A stretch of 64,000 bases of DNA from Prasinococcaceae sp. CCMP 1430 (GCA_013416795.1 RQSC01000010.1:149949-213948), one strand, 5' to 3'. Positions 1-12,168 are shown, numbered from the stretch's first letter. Made by a program: numbers and translations. The notes: generated by a model from the sequence alone, not told the origin.

Positions 1-293
1 GGGCGGGGTAGGGTGATGGCGAGGGAGGGAAGTCGGGCCGTGGCGGGGCGCGAGAACGGTCAGCGTGCGGATGGGGCGTGCGGACAGCGAGCGAGAGGGC
101 GCGAGAGCCGCGGGGTCGGCGCGCAGCCGCGCGCGTAGCGCGCGCTGTAGCCAGTGCCGGCGGGCACCACCGGCTCTCTCGTGATGCGCGAGCACACGCT
201 CCCATAACCCTCGCCGCCGGCGGGGCATTCGCCCTCCTTGGCGAGCGGGCAAACCCACACCCGCCGCCGACCGCGTGCGGGCCCAAGCGAGGA

Positions 294-1756
294 ATGCTAT
301 CACCGTCGCGTCTGGCGTCGGCAGCTGCGGCAGAGATGGCGTGGTCGGATGCGGCGCAGGCTACGCCGCCCGCGGGCGCCGACGTGTTCGCGCAGCCGCC
401 CGGGGGCGCGCTGCGCATCGAGCTCCCGTTCGCCGCGCGCGTGGTCGTGCGCACGCACGCGGCGAGCTTCGAGGAAGTCGCGGTGGAGCTGTCGAGCGCT
501 GCCACCGCTAGGACCGGCTCGGCGCTCGCCGTGAGGCGCGACGAGGCGGCGAACGAGGTCTCTGTGGCCACTTCGGGCGCCACCGTGTCCGCCGCAGGAG
601 ACGAGGTGGACGTGGTACCTGAGGACTTGCCGCTCGTGCGCGCGTGGGTCCCCGAGCGCTTCTGCTCGGTGGCGGTGGTGTCGCCCGGCGGCGATGTGGA
701 GGTGCAGGGCGTGCGCGAGGCCGACCTGCGCGTCGAGGGGCCCGCACGGCGTGTGAGCGTGGGCTCCGCCAAGGGCGGCGCGTTTGTTGCGCGCGCGGGC
801 GCGGGTGGCGTGCGCGCGGCGTCGCTCGCCGCTGACGTGTGCGTGGAGGTGGCTGACGGCGGTGCGGTGGAGCTCGAGCGCGTGGTGGGCAATGCGGTCG
901 AGGTGGCGTGCGCTGGTGGCGAGGTGGACATTGGGACGCTGTACGCGCCGCGCCTGGAGCTGCACACCAGTGGCGGGGACGTGCGCGTGCGCCACGCCGA
1001 CATGCGCGAGCGCGATGGCTCGAGCGCGCGTGATGGCTCGTGCACCGCGCGCGTCGACACTGGCGGCGGCAGCGTTTGCTTTGACGGCATCGACGGCAGC
1101 TTGGACGTCCGCACGGGCGGGGGCGGCGCCGTGCTGCGCGCCAACGCCGGCTGCGGTGAGCTTGCGCTCGACACCGGCGGCGGCGACGCGGACGTTCTCA
1201 TTGACCCCCAGGCGCTGCCGTGTGCATGCGCCGTCGACGGCGAGGGAGGCGTGCGCGTTGACGCGGCCCTCCTGCTAGAGGGCGGCATGCTCTCCGAGGC
1301 TGTGGCATCAGACGGCGCGCACGGAGGCATGGGCGAGTCGGATGGAGCGGGAGGCGTCGAGCAGGTGCGCGTCGGGGCGGGGTTGCACACGCGCGGGCAG
1401 GGGGTGGTGGGTTCGTGCCACGGCGTGCGCGCGCGAGCGGTCGATGCGGTTGGAAACGTAGCTGACTGACATGCTTCGTCGCCCGCTCCCTCGTCCACGC
1501 GTGCACGCACGCACGGGCGCGCGGACGCACGGGCGCACGCACGCATGCACCCTCGCACGGCGCGCACGTGCTGTCCAAGGCGCTCCGACGCGACGCCATG
1601 TCGCGCGCTGCGCGGCTGTCGGTGCGCCACGGCCGGGGCGGGCTGCGCGTGGGGCCAATGTCGTGGTGGGCGGCCAAAATGGGCGGCTGGGCCGAGCCGC
1701 AGGCGCCCACGCGCGCGCAGCGCATTGCCGGGGCGCGGCCGGACAGGGGCCAGTGA
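294..1756 (+). CDS. DUF4097/FAM185A-like beta-repeat protein (spliced)
   Basis: ORF 78-1469 from ATG 294 has repeated 'v.t.gG.v.v' beta motifs (GGDVEV, SGGDVRV, TGGGSV, TGGGDAD). A GTGCGC donor lies near 1364. A probable last exon (ORF 1568-1756, RLSVRHGRGGLRVGPMSWW) closes the gene; the acceptor is not resolved. Confidence 0.6.
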
Positions 1757-1840
1757 GGCGCGGTCGTGTCGGGTCGCAGGGGCGAGGGTGCGACGCTGTT
1801 TGCACGTGTAATACCGTTCACAATGTGTACAATGGCGAGC

Positions 1841-2610
1841 TCAAAGCTGGTTAGTCGCCTCCATGATCGAGTCCCTACCGAGCGAGCCCGAGGCCGTCAC
1901 CTCCGAGTCGAGCATCTCGGCGTAGTTGAAGGCGCCCTGTGCCTTGCCCGCGCCGCCCTCGCACTCGAGCGCGCAGGTGCTCGCGCACAAGGCCTGGCTG
2001 TCGACGCCGCCGCTCATCGCGACCGTCTCCTCGCAGCCGGGCACGCACGAAGCCACGCACTGCGCGAGCCTGACGTCGGGCGCGCTGCCCACGGACCCGA
2101 TCCCCGCTCCGCTGCCGCCGACGGCCGACGTCCCCACGAGCATCGCCTCGCTGGTCGACGCCTCCACCGGCGTGGGCTCCGACGGTGTCTATGCGCGCCC
2201 AACGAGCGCCCGCGAGCGCGCGTCAGCGCCAGGCGGCGGCGAACGCTTGCTACCCACGCGAGCGCGGCGCCGGCTCGGGTGCAGGCAAGGTGCGCGCGGC
2301 GCAGGCATGGCGCAACCATGCCTCCTCCTCCCTCTCCTCCTCCTTCTCACGCTCCCACGCGCGACTCTGCCTAGCTCCTCCGTCGCTCGCGGCCCTCTGC
2401 ACGCAGGCGCTCTCACCGTGAACCAGAAGAACCCGACGACGGCGGCGGCGCCCACCGCGTACGCGCCGAGACCCTTGTAGAGCGCCGGCGACTCGATCGC
2501 CGCGCCGGTGAGCGTGCCCCGCTGCGTGCCCCGGGGCCGCAGGTTGCCGAGCTGGTTCTCGCCGCGCCGCACGACGCGCGGCTTCGTCTTCGGCTCCTCC
2601 GCGGCCGCGC
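1841..2610 (-). CDS. Uncharacterised single-pass membrane protein with Cys cluster (5' end unresolved)
   Basis: An exon with a TM helix (LGAYAVGAAAVVGFFWFT) is followed by a GTGAG donor near 2417 and a TAG acceptor near 2190. The next exon reads TPSEPTPVEASTSE...CVASCVPGC...CASTCALEC...stop 1841. Confidence 0.4.
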
Positions 2611-3724
2611 GCGCCGCTCAGTGCCGCGCGGCGGCGCGCCCGCACTCACTCGCGCGCGCCGCGCACCGCGCGCGCGCGCAAAAAATCCGCTTATCCGACC
2701 ATCAAAACGCACCTCCCCGCGCCGATCGCGCGCGCGCGAAATTTGCCGTCGCGCTTCCCGTGTGTGGCTGGGATCGCGCGCGGCGCCGCTCCGATAACAG
2801 ATTTCGATGATGCACACTCAGAATGGTCACCGATTGCAACCTCATTTTTCGGACTTACGCGCGTTTTTATTTGTATCTCTTTCAATCATAGGAACGCACA
2901 TGTTGCCATCGAAATTAGGATATTTCCGTGAATGGAAGAAGCGCTGCGGCAGAGTGACCTCCCGGTGCACCACTGGGCGTTTTTTTTTTTTTTTTTAAAT
3001 TCTCGCCCCCTTTCCTGCGCGCTACCTTCTCTTCTGATGATGGCGAAAGAAAAAAAAGAAAAGCTTTTTCTCTGAGTTTTTGAGTCCGTGATCCGAACGT
3101 CAAAGTGAACGCGACACACACACCTTTTTTTTTGTTTTTTTTTTAGCGGCGAGCGGTGCGGCCGGCGTCGTTCCCCGAGCGCGGCGCGTTCCCCGAGCGC
3201 GCTCCCTCGGCGAGAGCGCGGCCTGTCCGGGAACACCCGAGGAGGGCGAATGAGAATCGTGTGACAGATGGCGAGCAGGCGCTGGCGTGCGAGCGCTGGC
3301 GCGGGCGTGCGAGCGCGCGCGCCTGCTCTTTCCGGCCGCGGCCGTCCGCCTCCGTGCGCACGCGGGGGTGGCCTCGTGGACACGTGGCCCTGCGCGAGGC
3401 GGTGGGCGGATGGGCAGGTTGGGTGGGGCGGGGTGGGTAAAGGAGAGGGGGGACTGCGCCTCGTGGGGCCGCCCGCGCCCGCGCGGGCGTCCGGGCAGAG
3501 CGCGCGGTGCGCGCCGATCCGAGGCGCGCCGCGGTCGCTGCCCGCCACTGGACGCGCGGGACGCGCGGTGCGGGCGGCGCGGGTGCGCGAACGCGCGCCC
3601 TTGAGAGCGGAAAGGAAGGAAACGCAGAGAGGGAGGCTGGGAGGGAGAGAGAGAGGGAGGGAGCGGCGCGTGCGGAGGTCCAGCACGTGGGCGGCGGGCC
3701 GGCGCAGCGAGGCACCCGCGCGCG

Positions 3725-5624
3725 ATGGCGGTCGCGGAGGCCATCGCGTTCACGCCTGGGGCCGTCGACGACGACGGAACGGATAGCGACGCGTCGCTGA
3801 CTCCGCACGTGCACAGGCGGCTGACCAGCGACAAGCTCAGGGCCGAGATGTTCGAATCGGGTGCGTGCGCGCGAGCGAGCGCCTGCGTGCGCGCGCGCGC
3901 GCGTGCGTATGTGTGCGTGCGCGTGCGCGCGTGCGCACCGGCGAGCGCAGGCACCGTGCAAGCCGGCGCTGACGCGCCTCCTCGCAGGGCTGATGTGCGA
4001 CGGCGGCGGCGAGGCGGATGGGGTCGGCGGCGCGCAGCTGAGCAACGCGGAGAGCGCCGCGGCGAGCGCCGACGCGCTCTTCAACACGGGTAAGGTCGCA
4101 CCCGGCACTAATACGATGGGCTACCGCTTCGACTCGCCCGAGTGGGAGGCGGAGGTCAAGCAGCAGCGCAAGGCCACATGGGAGTGGCTCAAGGGCGTGG
4201 GCTCCAAGGTGTTCGAAGGTGTCAATCTCACGCGCATCTCGCTGCCGGTGCGGCTCTTCGAGGGGCGCTCCTACCTCGAGCGCATTCGCGACAATTGGAG
4301 CTACCTGCACCTGCTCGAGCGTGCCGTGGCGGAGCGTGACCCCGTGCGGCGGTGCGTGCGCGCTGACTCGCGCGCGCGTGTGCGTGCGCGTCGCGCGAGC
4401 CTGCCGCGCTCGCTCGCGGCGCGCGCGGCTCAGCGGCGCGCGCGAGGTGCTGGCGGCCGCGCTTTGCTGACCCGTCACGCGCATGCGCACGCCACGCCTC
4501 GGGGACGCACACTCTCGCAGGATGACCCTGATGGTTGCCTTCGGCGCCAGCGGGCTCTGCAGGCAGGTGAGCTTCGCCAAACCCTTTAATCCTATCCTCG
4601 GCGAGACGGTGAACGCCGAGTACACCAACGGGTACACCCTCGCGTGCGAGCAGCTCTCCCACCACCCTCCCGTGAGTGCCTACCAGCTGGTCCCCGCGGA
4701 CGGCGGTTTCGAATTCTACGGCCACGCGGGTTGGAGCGGCAAGGTGTACGCCAATACCGTCAAGGGCTTCCAGCTGGTGCGCCGCGCCGACCGGCGAGCT
4801 TCGTTGTGTGCCTGCGTGCTAGTGTGCGCGTCCACACGCGCTGGCTGCGACTGCGCCTTCTTTACTCGCTCGTCCAATCGTTCGCTCTCCCGCCGAGCGC
4901 TGACGCGAGGCCCCCCTCCCCTCTCTACACCCATCCACCACCACCATCGCCACCACCACCAACCCACACGCGCGACGGCCGCCCCGCACGCACGCAGGGC
5001 CTCAACACGCTGCGCTGCGCAAGCACCGACGGCGCGCGCATCAGCTGGAACCTGCCGACGGTCGTCATGAAAAACATCATGTTCGGGGTGCGGGTGCTCA
5101 CGTACGAGGGGGAGATGGTCTTTCGCGACGACAGAAACCGGCTCACGTGCCGTCTGCAGGTGGGCGGCGGCAGCAAGGGGTCGGTGGCGGAAGACGAGGA
5201 GGCGGGGAGCAGGAACCGGAGCAAAGGCGGCGCCAGCGGCAGCAAGAAGGGCGGAGGCTTCTGGAAGCGGAAGTTCGGAAAGGGCAAGGGCTCCCCTGAC
5301 ATGCTGTCAGGGCGGGTGGTGTGCGACGACGAGCCGAGCGTGGCGCTCGCGACCTTCGAGGGGAACTGGATCACGCATCTCGACTGCGACGGCGAGCGGC
5401 TGTGGGAAAGCTCGATGCCGACCGTGCGCGCGACGCGCTTTTCGCGCAAGCTGCCCTCGGACGGCTCGCTGCGGCCCGACTGCAACGCCGTGGCGGCGCG
5501 CGAGTGGAACAGGGCGCAGCGCGCCAAGGAGATGCTGGAAAACCGCCAGCGCGCCGACGCCAAGCTGCGCAAGGAGGCGCTCAAGCGCATCGCCAAGGCC
5601 GAGAAGGCCACGCGCAAAATTTGA
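3725..5624 (+). CDS. Oxysterol-binding protein-related protein (ORP/OSBP), 4 exons
   Basis: ORD motifs RISLPVRLFEGRSYLER, KPFNPILGET and EQLSHHPPVSAY, plus C-terminal AQRAKEMLENRQR. GTGCG...CAG introns at about 3861-3987, 4352-4520 and 4777-4998. Confidence 0.93.
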
Positions 5625-6128
5625 CCAGGCGGGCGCGGGCGCAGGGCGCGAGCCGCACAGTAAGCGAGCTCCGCACCAGAGGGGTCATCCCGCTTCCGCT
5701 GAATAGCTTCCCACCGCGTCCAAGCCGAAAGGCACCGCAGCTTCGCATGCTACAGGAGCAGCGCGACTCCGCCTGGTATCGCGGCGCCCCATGCGGTTCC
5801 CCCGGCGCCCGCCCGAATTGTCGCGGATTTCCGGGCACTCGGCAGCGGCCGTGGAGGTGGGCGTCGCGCGGCGAGGACGTGCGCTGGCGTTGATGAGGGG
5901 AGGGCGCGCGCGGTGGGTGGGTGCTTGGGTGCTTGGGTGGGTGGCGGGCCGCGGGGGCTACACTCCGCGCTCGCCCGGCGCTGCGGCGCCGCGGCGCTGC
6001 GCGGCCGCGGGGCGCTTACACCAAGGCCGAGCCGCTGACGCGCATCCGCGACATCGCCCACGGCAAGGGCGGTGTGGCAGCCGAGGGGCGGAGGAGAGCG
6101 AGGGCTGGAGGGTGGGGGGGGCGCAACC

Positions 6129-8084
6129 ATGGACGCGCCCCGCGCTCGGGACACGCTGGTGGAGGCTGCGTCCTCCCGGCGCGGCCTGGCGAATCTGGGC
6201 AACACGTGCTTCCTCAACGCGACGCTGCAGTGCCTCGCTGCGACGCAGCCGCTCGCCGACGCGCTCGTCCTCGGCCACTGCGGCGCGCATGGCGCGCCCG
6301 GGCGCCGCGGCGCGCCCGGGCGCGTGCGCCGCGGCGCACCATGTGCGATGCGTCTCGTGGAGCAGACAGTAGGTGCGCTCAGCAGAGGAGGGGGCTCCAC
6401 GCACGCCCCGCGCGAGCTCGTGTCGGCGCTGCCCTCGCTCGAAGGCGTGCAGCGCGGCACGTTCGTGCGCGGCCGCCAGGAGGACGCGCACGAGGCGCTG
6501 CGAGCGCTGCTCGAGGGCATGCAACGAGCTTGCGTGCGCGAGGAGCGAGCCGCGCGTGGGGTCAGCGAGCGGGTCGTAAGCGGCGCAGACCTCATCAAGG
6601 AAAGGATGAGCGTGCCCAGGCAGGTGTTCGGAGGGGAAGTCCGCTCGCGCGTGCACTGCCAGGTCTGCGGCGCCAACTCGGATACGTTCGAGCCCTTCCT
6701 GGACCTCAGCCTCGAGGCGCGCTACTCGAGCCTCGAGGAGGCGCTCGCTGCGCACACGCGCGCCGAAACCTTGTCAGGCTCCAACGCATACTGGTGCGAT
6801 CGCTGCCGCGCGCTGGTGAGCGCGCACAAGAGCGTTTGCGTGGTGCGCGCGCCTCGCGTGTTGGCCGTGCACCTCAAGCGATTCGAGGGCGGCATCGGAG
6901 GCGGCGGCTTCGGCGGCTTCGGGAGCTTCGGCGGCTTTCGGAGCAGGGGCAAAGTTGCCTCGCACGTGAAGCTGCCGCTGTGCCTAGAGCTGGGCGCGTA
7001 CATGACCGACGCAGAGCAGAGGCGGCCGGCAAACTCGCATCCGGGCCCGTATCACCTGTACGCCGTGCTCGTTCATGCTGGCTCGGGTGCATCCTCGGGC
7101 CACTACTACGCCTTCGTGCGCGACGCCGAGGGCTGGTGGCGCGCGGACGACTCCCGTGTATCGCGCTGCTCGCAGGAAGAGGCGCTGCGAGCGCAGGCGT
7201 ACATTGCGTTTTACTCGCAGGACGACGCGCGCGCGGCCAAGGGCGCGCACGTCCCGCCTTCGGCCGTCGAAGAGGCCCCTTCACCAGCGAGGGTCGGCGC
7301 CCGCCCGCCCGCCAGCATGCACGTGCCCGTGCACTCACCAGTGCGAGCAGCTGCGCAGCCGGGAAGCAGAGGGGTGTGCACGGACGGTGCAGCCGGGAGT
7401 GCGGTGGCGCTCAAGCGCGCAGAGGAGCGAGCGCGCACGCTGGCGCGCGCGCGTGATACCTCGCTCGCGAATGGGCGAGTAGGCAGTGCGCACGTCGCGC
7501 AGGCCCGCGCGTATGCTCGCGCGGAGGCGAGTGCACATGCCGCCGCGCACGCGCACGCGCGCGCACGCGCGCGCGTCAGCCAACAGGCGCGAGTAGCGCC
7601 CCATTGCATCGGGAGTGCGTCGGCCGCATCGAGCGCAACCTGTCGGCTACCGCTGCCCCCACTTGCGCACTCGCACGCACACACGCAGCCAGAGCCCGCA
7701 CGGGCCCCGTTTGGTCGCCGCGCAACACTTGGCCTGGATTCGGGCGGCAGCGCGAGCGGCGAGTCGGCACTGACACGGTCACGAGAGAGGCAACGTGTGG
7801 CAGAGGCTGCACACGCGGCTCGGCGAAAGGCCGCCGCCTACGGCATCAGCGCTGGCACGGCGGGCCTCCGCGGTGGGCAGCGCGCGCGCTCGCCGCAGTG
7901 GCTGATGGGGGCGCGCGCACGCTCGCGTGAGAGCGTCCGAGACGGAGGGCAGGCGCTCACGCGCCAGGCACCGTCGGCTGGGAGGCGGCATAATGCGGCG
8001 TCGCTGCGCACGAGTGCGTCCTCCAGCAGCGGACCGCCGCTTGACCTCCTGCGTGCGCCCGCGTATACACGCAGCACGACGTAG
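6129..8084 (+). CDS. Ubiquitin-specific protease (peptidase C19, USP36/42-like)
   Basis: Cys box GLANLGNTCFLNATLQCL, QEDAHE, His box LYAVLVHAGSGASSGHYYAFVR...DDSRV; long low-complexity C-terminus. Confidence 0.93.
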   Translation: MDAPRARDTLVEAASSRRGLANLGNTCFLNATLQCLAATQPLADALVLGHCGAHGAPGRRGAPGRVRRGAPCAMRLVEQTVGALSRGGGSTHAPRELVSALPSLEGVQRGTFVRGRQEDAHEALRALLEGMQRACVREERAARGVSERVVSGADLIKERMSVPRQVFGGEVRSRVHCQVCGANSDTFEPFLDLSLEARYSSLEEALAAHTRAETLSGSNAYWCDRCRALVSAHKSVCVVRAPRVLAVHLKRFEGGIGGGGFGGFGSFGGFRSRGKVASHVKLPLCLELGAYMTDAEQRRPANSHPGPYHLYAVLVHAGSGASSGHYYAFVRDAEGWWRADDSRVSRCSQEEALRAQAYIAFYSQDDARAAKGAHVPPSAVEEAPSPARVGARPPASMHVPVHSPVRAAAQPGSRGVCTDGAAGSAVALKRAEERARTLARARDTSLANGRVGSAHVAQARAYARAEASAHAAAHAHARARARVSQQARVAPHCIGSASAASSATCRLPLPPLAHSHAHTQPEPARAPFGRRATLGLDSGGSASGESALTRSRERQRVAEAAHAARRKAAAYGISAGTAGLRGGQRARSPQWLMGARARSRESVRDGGQALTRQAPSAGRRHNAASLRTSASSSSGPPLDLLRAPAYTRSTT

Positions 8085-8123
8085 CGCGCGAGCGCTCACT
8101 GTACATGTACCAAGACCCCAGAC

Positions 8124-8128
8124 TGTAA
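8124..8128 (+). promoter_or_regulatory. TGTAA chlorophyte-type polyadenylation signal (also at 51161, 53772, 53780)
   Basis: TGTAA lies 14-60 bp downstream of the stops of the USP, rhodanese and 53718 genes. Confidence 0.45.
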
Positions 8129-8236
8129 CATACGGCACACACGCGTGCGAGCGACCGGGCTGCACGAGCTCGCTTGCGTGGACGCGCGCGCGCGCGCGCG
8201 CTCTAGCGCGTGCCGCTCGCGAGCTCGTGCGTAGTG

Positions 8237-9340
8237 TCACAGCGCCGCGAGCGCCTCCATGGCGAGCTCATACACAACGAAGATTGCGCCGTTTGTGGGA
8301 CCGGCACGGAGCAGTGCAGGCGTGAGCCCGCGCCACAGCGCTCGCGTGCCACCGCCCTCGCGCAGGATCCGCGAGAGCGCTGCCCTCGCGCTCGCATCCA
8401 ACTCCGGAGCGTGTGCGCCCACCGCCCCGCGCGCGCGCGCGAGCTCCACCCTGGCGGCCTGTGCCTGCATGTTGCATGCGACAGTGTCCAAAGGGTAGCT
8501 CACTAGCCAATTAGCGGTGCCGGCAGCCCAGCCCGCGCCCCCTTGGGCTGCCATCCGAAGGAGGCGCCCATCCTCCCGCGGATCGGTGCCGCCGCCGAGT
8601 GCTCGCCTGAGCGCCTCCTCGGCGCGCGCGTACACAAGGAATCGTACTCCATACGAGATGCCGTCGCCAATTGCCCCTGGTGTGACCCCACGATAAAGTT
8701 CGCGCAGTCCTCGTGCTCGCCATGCGTGCGCAGTGCAACGCAGCGGCGACGAGAGCGACGCCGCCAGCACGCGCGCGCGCTCCGCTGTCGCCGGCGCGCG
8801 GCTCGCGCGTGCTCGCGTACTTTCGTTCGAGGCACGTGCTCGCGCGTGCGCGCCGTGCGACGTGCCTGAGTGCGGCTCCGCCGACGCTCGCGTGAGCGCT
8901 TCCATCGAGTCTCCGTGCTTGAACACTTGCAGCTGCACTTTGACGTACTTGATCGGATTAAGGGCCACCGCCATGGTGACGCCAGCGATGCCACCTGCCA
9001 GTGCACGTGCGGCGCTGTCTGCGCCGTCATCGATGGTATCGCCGTGTGGCCGCAGCATCCCGTACGCAGCGGCGTTGGCGCTAAATACCAGTGCCTGCTC
9101 GGCGCCCTTGGCGGCTAGCGGCAGCGACATGCCATCGAAGAGCGCGAGGAAGCCGCCCGACAGCAGCCTTCGCGGGGAGCCACGTTGTGTCGCCTGCGCC
9201 TGCATGCGCGCCTTGATGGTGTCGAGTGGGTGGCCTATCACGCAGCCCGCCGCGCCGGCCGCCGTGCCCGCCAGGACATCGTGCCACCACCGCGGCGGTG
9301 GCGCGTGCGCAGGCGCCTCGCAACTCGCCGCGGGGGGCAT
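8237..9340 (-). CDS. Mitochondrial carrier (SLC25; carnitine/basic amino acid carrier-like)
   Basis: Three carrier repeats with PxD/ExxK signatures (HPLDTIKARMQ, NPIKYVKVQLQ, YPLDTVACNMQ) and LWRGLTPALLRAGPTNG. Confidence 0.9.
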   Translation of the reverse strand: MPPAASCEAPAHAPPPRWWHDVLAGTAAGAAGCVIGHPLDTIKARMQAQATQRGSPRRLLSGGFLALFDGMSLPLAAKGAEQALVFSANAAAYGMLRPHGDTIDDGADSAARALAGGIAGVTMAVALNPIKYVKVQLQVFKHGDSMEALTRASAEPHSGTSHGAHARARASNESTRARASRAPATAERARVLAASLSSPLRCTAHAWRARGLRELYRGVTPGAIGDGISYGVRFLVYARAEEALRRALGGGTDPREDGRLLRMAAQGGAGWAAGTANWLVSYPLDTVACNMQAQAARVELARARGAVGAHAPELDASARAALSRILREGGGTRALWRGLTPALLRAGPTNGAIFVVYELAMEALAAL

Positions 9341-9561
9341 CACGCGCCGGGCGCCCGCGTCGCTCCCATCCTCGGCGTGCGGTGCGTGTGTGTGCGTGTG
9401 TGTGTGTGTGTGTGCACCCCTCCTCCGCCTTGCGTGTGGCGAGGCGCCCTGCGCCCGCCGAGGGGCCGCGCACTCCCTCGCTCGCTCGCTCGTGTTCGTA
9501 ACCCGGCGCCGGACGCCCTGCTCAAAACGCACACAAACCTGATTGCATTGGACTACAATAG

Positions 9562-9648
9562 GTCAGTTGTGATCAACTTTACCCACGGGCTACGGATGAC
9601 GAACAAGTCAGTTGTGATCAACTTTACCCACGGGCTACGGATGACGAA
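9562..9648. repeat. Exact tandem duplication of 42 bp, period 45 bp
   Basis: gtcagttgtgatcaactttacccacgggctacggatgacgaa occurs at 9562-9603 and 9607-9648 in a divergent intergenic region. Confidence 0.95.
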
Positions 9649-10026
9649 TGACCCAGCGAGGCCGCGTCGGGGTTGTTGCGCCCCGCGGGCGCGCGGCGGC
9701 GGACGACGCCACACCGCTGGGGCCGCGCGCAGGAGAGAGAGGGGACGGCGGAGGGGGCCCGGGAGGGGGGGCGTGCGCCGCCGCGCGGCGCAGAGCTCCT
9801 TGTCGGGTGGGGCTTGGGGAGGGGGGGTGCGGTGGGCGCGGCCGCGGCGCGGCCGCGGCGCTCCCGGCCGGCCCTCCCAGCGGCTCGGGGGGCAACTGGC
9901 TAGCGGGGGTCAGCTGGGGTCAGTGGGGGTGTCGCTCCCGCTCCCACCCACCCACGTACCAACCCACCCTGCGCGCGCCCTCTTGTCGTTCTGCGCCGCA
10001 GCCGCCTGCGCCCCTGGGAAACGGCC

Positions 10027-11819
10027 ATGGGGATGATGGGAGCGACGTTGGCCGCGAGGCCGGCGCGCGCGGCGCATGGCATGCCCCTTGCGCCGCGTGC
10101 GCGGCGCGGGCGAGCGCGAGAGCGGCGCGTTGCGGCAAGAGCGGACGAGGGCGGGCGCGATAGGGCAGCTGGCGGCGACCGGGCCGCTACGGGCGATGAT
10201 GAGGGCGCCGCACTTATTGAGTGCGCCGATGAGCTGGGAGCCGGTGCCAGCACCACCGGCAGTGGCGACGCAGCATCCGAATCGGCCAGCAGCAACGACG
10301 AGCCCGTAGCCCTGCCGGCTGCCGGACCGGCTGCAGCGAAGGGCGGTGCACTGCGCGCGGCGTTCGCTACGGTGGTCTTGCTTGTGTGCGCTGGCGCATC
10401 GGCCGCCTACGCGGGCGTCCTCCCGACGCTCGACCATCTGCCCGGCTGGCGCGAGCTAGTCCCATTCCTCGAGAGCCAGCTGCACAAGGAGCTGCAACAG
10501 CTGTACATGCCCGCGCTGTCCGCTGCAGCGCGCCTCGGGGCGCTCGTCGTCGTGCGCCTGGCCGCTGAGCCTGTGGCGCGCTTCCTCTACACGACCATCT
10601 TCGGATCTGGGGCCGACTCGCAGTGGGAGAACAGCTTCGAGCGCCGCCTCGTCGTGGCCGCCAAGGGCCCTGCGGAAGTCGTGCTGCTGGTGAGCGCGGT
10701 CTGCGCGCTGCTGGAGCACGTGGTCGGTCCGCTCCTCGCGCTGCCGCCGTCGAGCGTGCGGCTGCTCACCAACCGCGTGACGTCGCTCGCGCTGGTGCTC
10801 GCGCTGGGGCGCGTGCTCTTCGCATGGAAGGATCAGCGCCGCACCGAGGCCGAATGGCAGGCGGAGATCTCGGGCGAGGCCGACCCCGCCATCGGCTCCG
10901 TCGACAAGCTTCTCTCGGCCCTCATCGTGGCCATCACTGCAGTGGTCTCGCTGCAGTCGCTGGGCTTCGACGTGAACTCGCTGCTCGCACTAGGCGGCAT
11001 CGGCGGTCTCGTGCTCGGTCTGGCCGGTAGGGACATCTCAGAGAATTTGCTGAGCGGCCTCATGGTGCTGACGACGAAGCCCTTCGCTGTGGGTGACATC
11101 GTGCGCTTCTACGGCCCAAACAGGAGAGAGGTCCACGGAGTCGTGCTCGACATCGGCTGGTATCGCTCGACGATCCGAAGCTTCGACTTCGAGGTCTTTG
11201 TGGTTCCCAACAGCGTATTCACCAGCGCAGTCCTCCTCAACATTAGCCGCCGAGGACGAACGTTTAGGTGCGTTGAACGCACGCGCGCGCGCGCGCGTGA
11301 GGGTCAGTGCGCGCGATGTCGCTGACTTGCGCTCGCGCTCCCACGCGCAGGTACAATGACATGTTCTGGTTGGCCCCAGAGGACGTGCTGAAGGTCGACA
11401 CCGTCGTGCGCGACTTCCGTGCGTACTTGCGCAACGCCGAGTTTGTCATACAGGGCGGCCCAGGCATGCACAGGCGCGTTTTCCTCTACGAGATCAAACC
11501 CGAGGCCTGCCTCGTCTACGTCTCCTGCTACGTGGAGGCTGCAAACCGCGACGCCTACCTCAACTCGCGCGAGGCGTTGATCCTGCAGTTTGCGCGCTGC
11601 ATGGAGCGTGCGGGTGTGCGCTTTGCCGCGCCGCGGCGGGTGGGCCTCGCGGGCGACCCTTTCGCAGTCGACCCGGGCTTCAACCACGACCGGGCGCAGT
11701 CGATCGCCCAGGCCAACGCGAACAGCACGGCCAACAGGGCGTCCATCGAGCAGGCCGGCGGCGTCGAGCCGCAGCCGGGCGGCGCGCGCGGGGTGGAGCG
11801 GCTATGTACGGTGCGGTAG
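10027..11819 (+). CDS. MscS-like mechanosensitive channel, plastid MSL2/3 type (2 exons)
   Basis: Transit-peptide-like N-terminus, TM helices, LLALGGIGGLVLGLAGRDISENLLSG, KPFAVGD, HGVVLDIGWYRSTIRSFDFEVFVVPNSVF. Intron 11268-11350 joins R|YNDMFWL in frame. Confidence 0.92.
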
Positions 11820-12168
11820 GTGGCGGCGCTGCAGCCCAAGTGCGCGCGGCGGGGGCGCCGGAGCTGTGCTCGCGGCGGGCGCGGCGGTGCTCGCGGCGAC
11901 GGACCAGCTCGGCCCCAACACCGAGTAGGCAGGATCCTTAGGAGCTCGAGGAGGGTCTGCCGTTGCGCGTCAGCTGCAGCTGTATTTTCTGCTTATGTAT
12001 GCCTCGAATTCCGTCGTTTGTACATGTGAAAATATATGAGCGACAAAATCGCGCGGGGTTCACATTTTGCTGCGATTCTGTTGTGCAGTTGCTGCGGTGC
12101 GTGGGTGCCACAGAGCGCGCGCTGGGAGGTGCGGGGTGGGCGGCCAGCCCTCCCTCGCGCCGTCCCCG

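Noticed and set aside
9562-9648. 45-bp repeat as CRISPR array or C/D snoRNA
   Set aside because: Only two adjacent units with no spacer, and no properly ordered RTGATGA/CTGA boxes.
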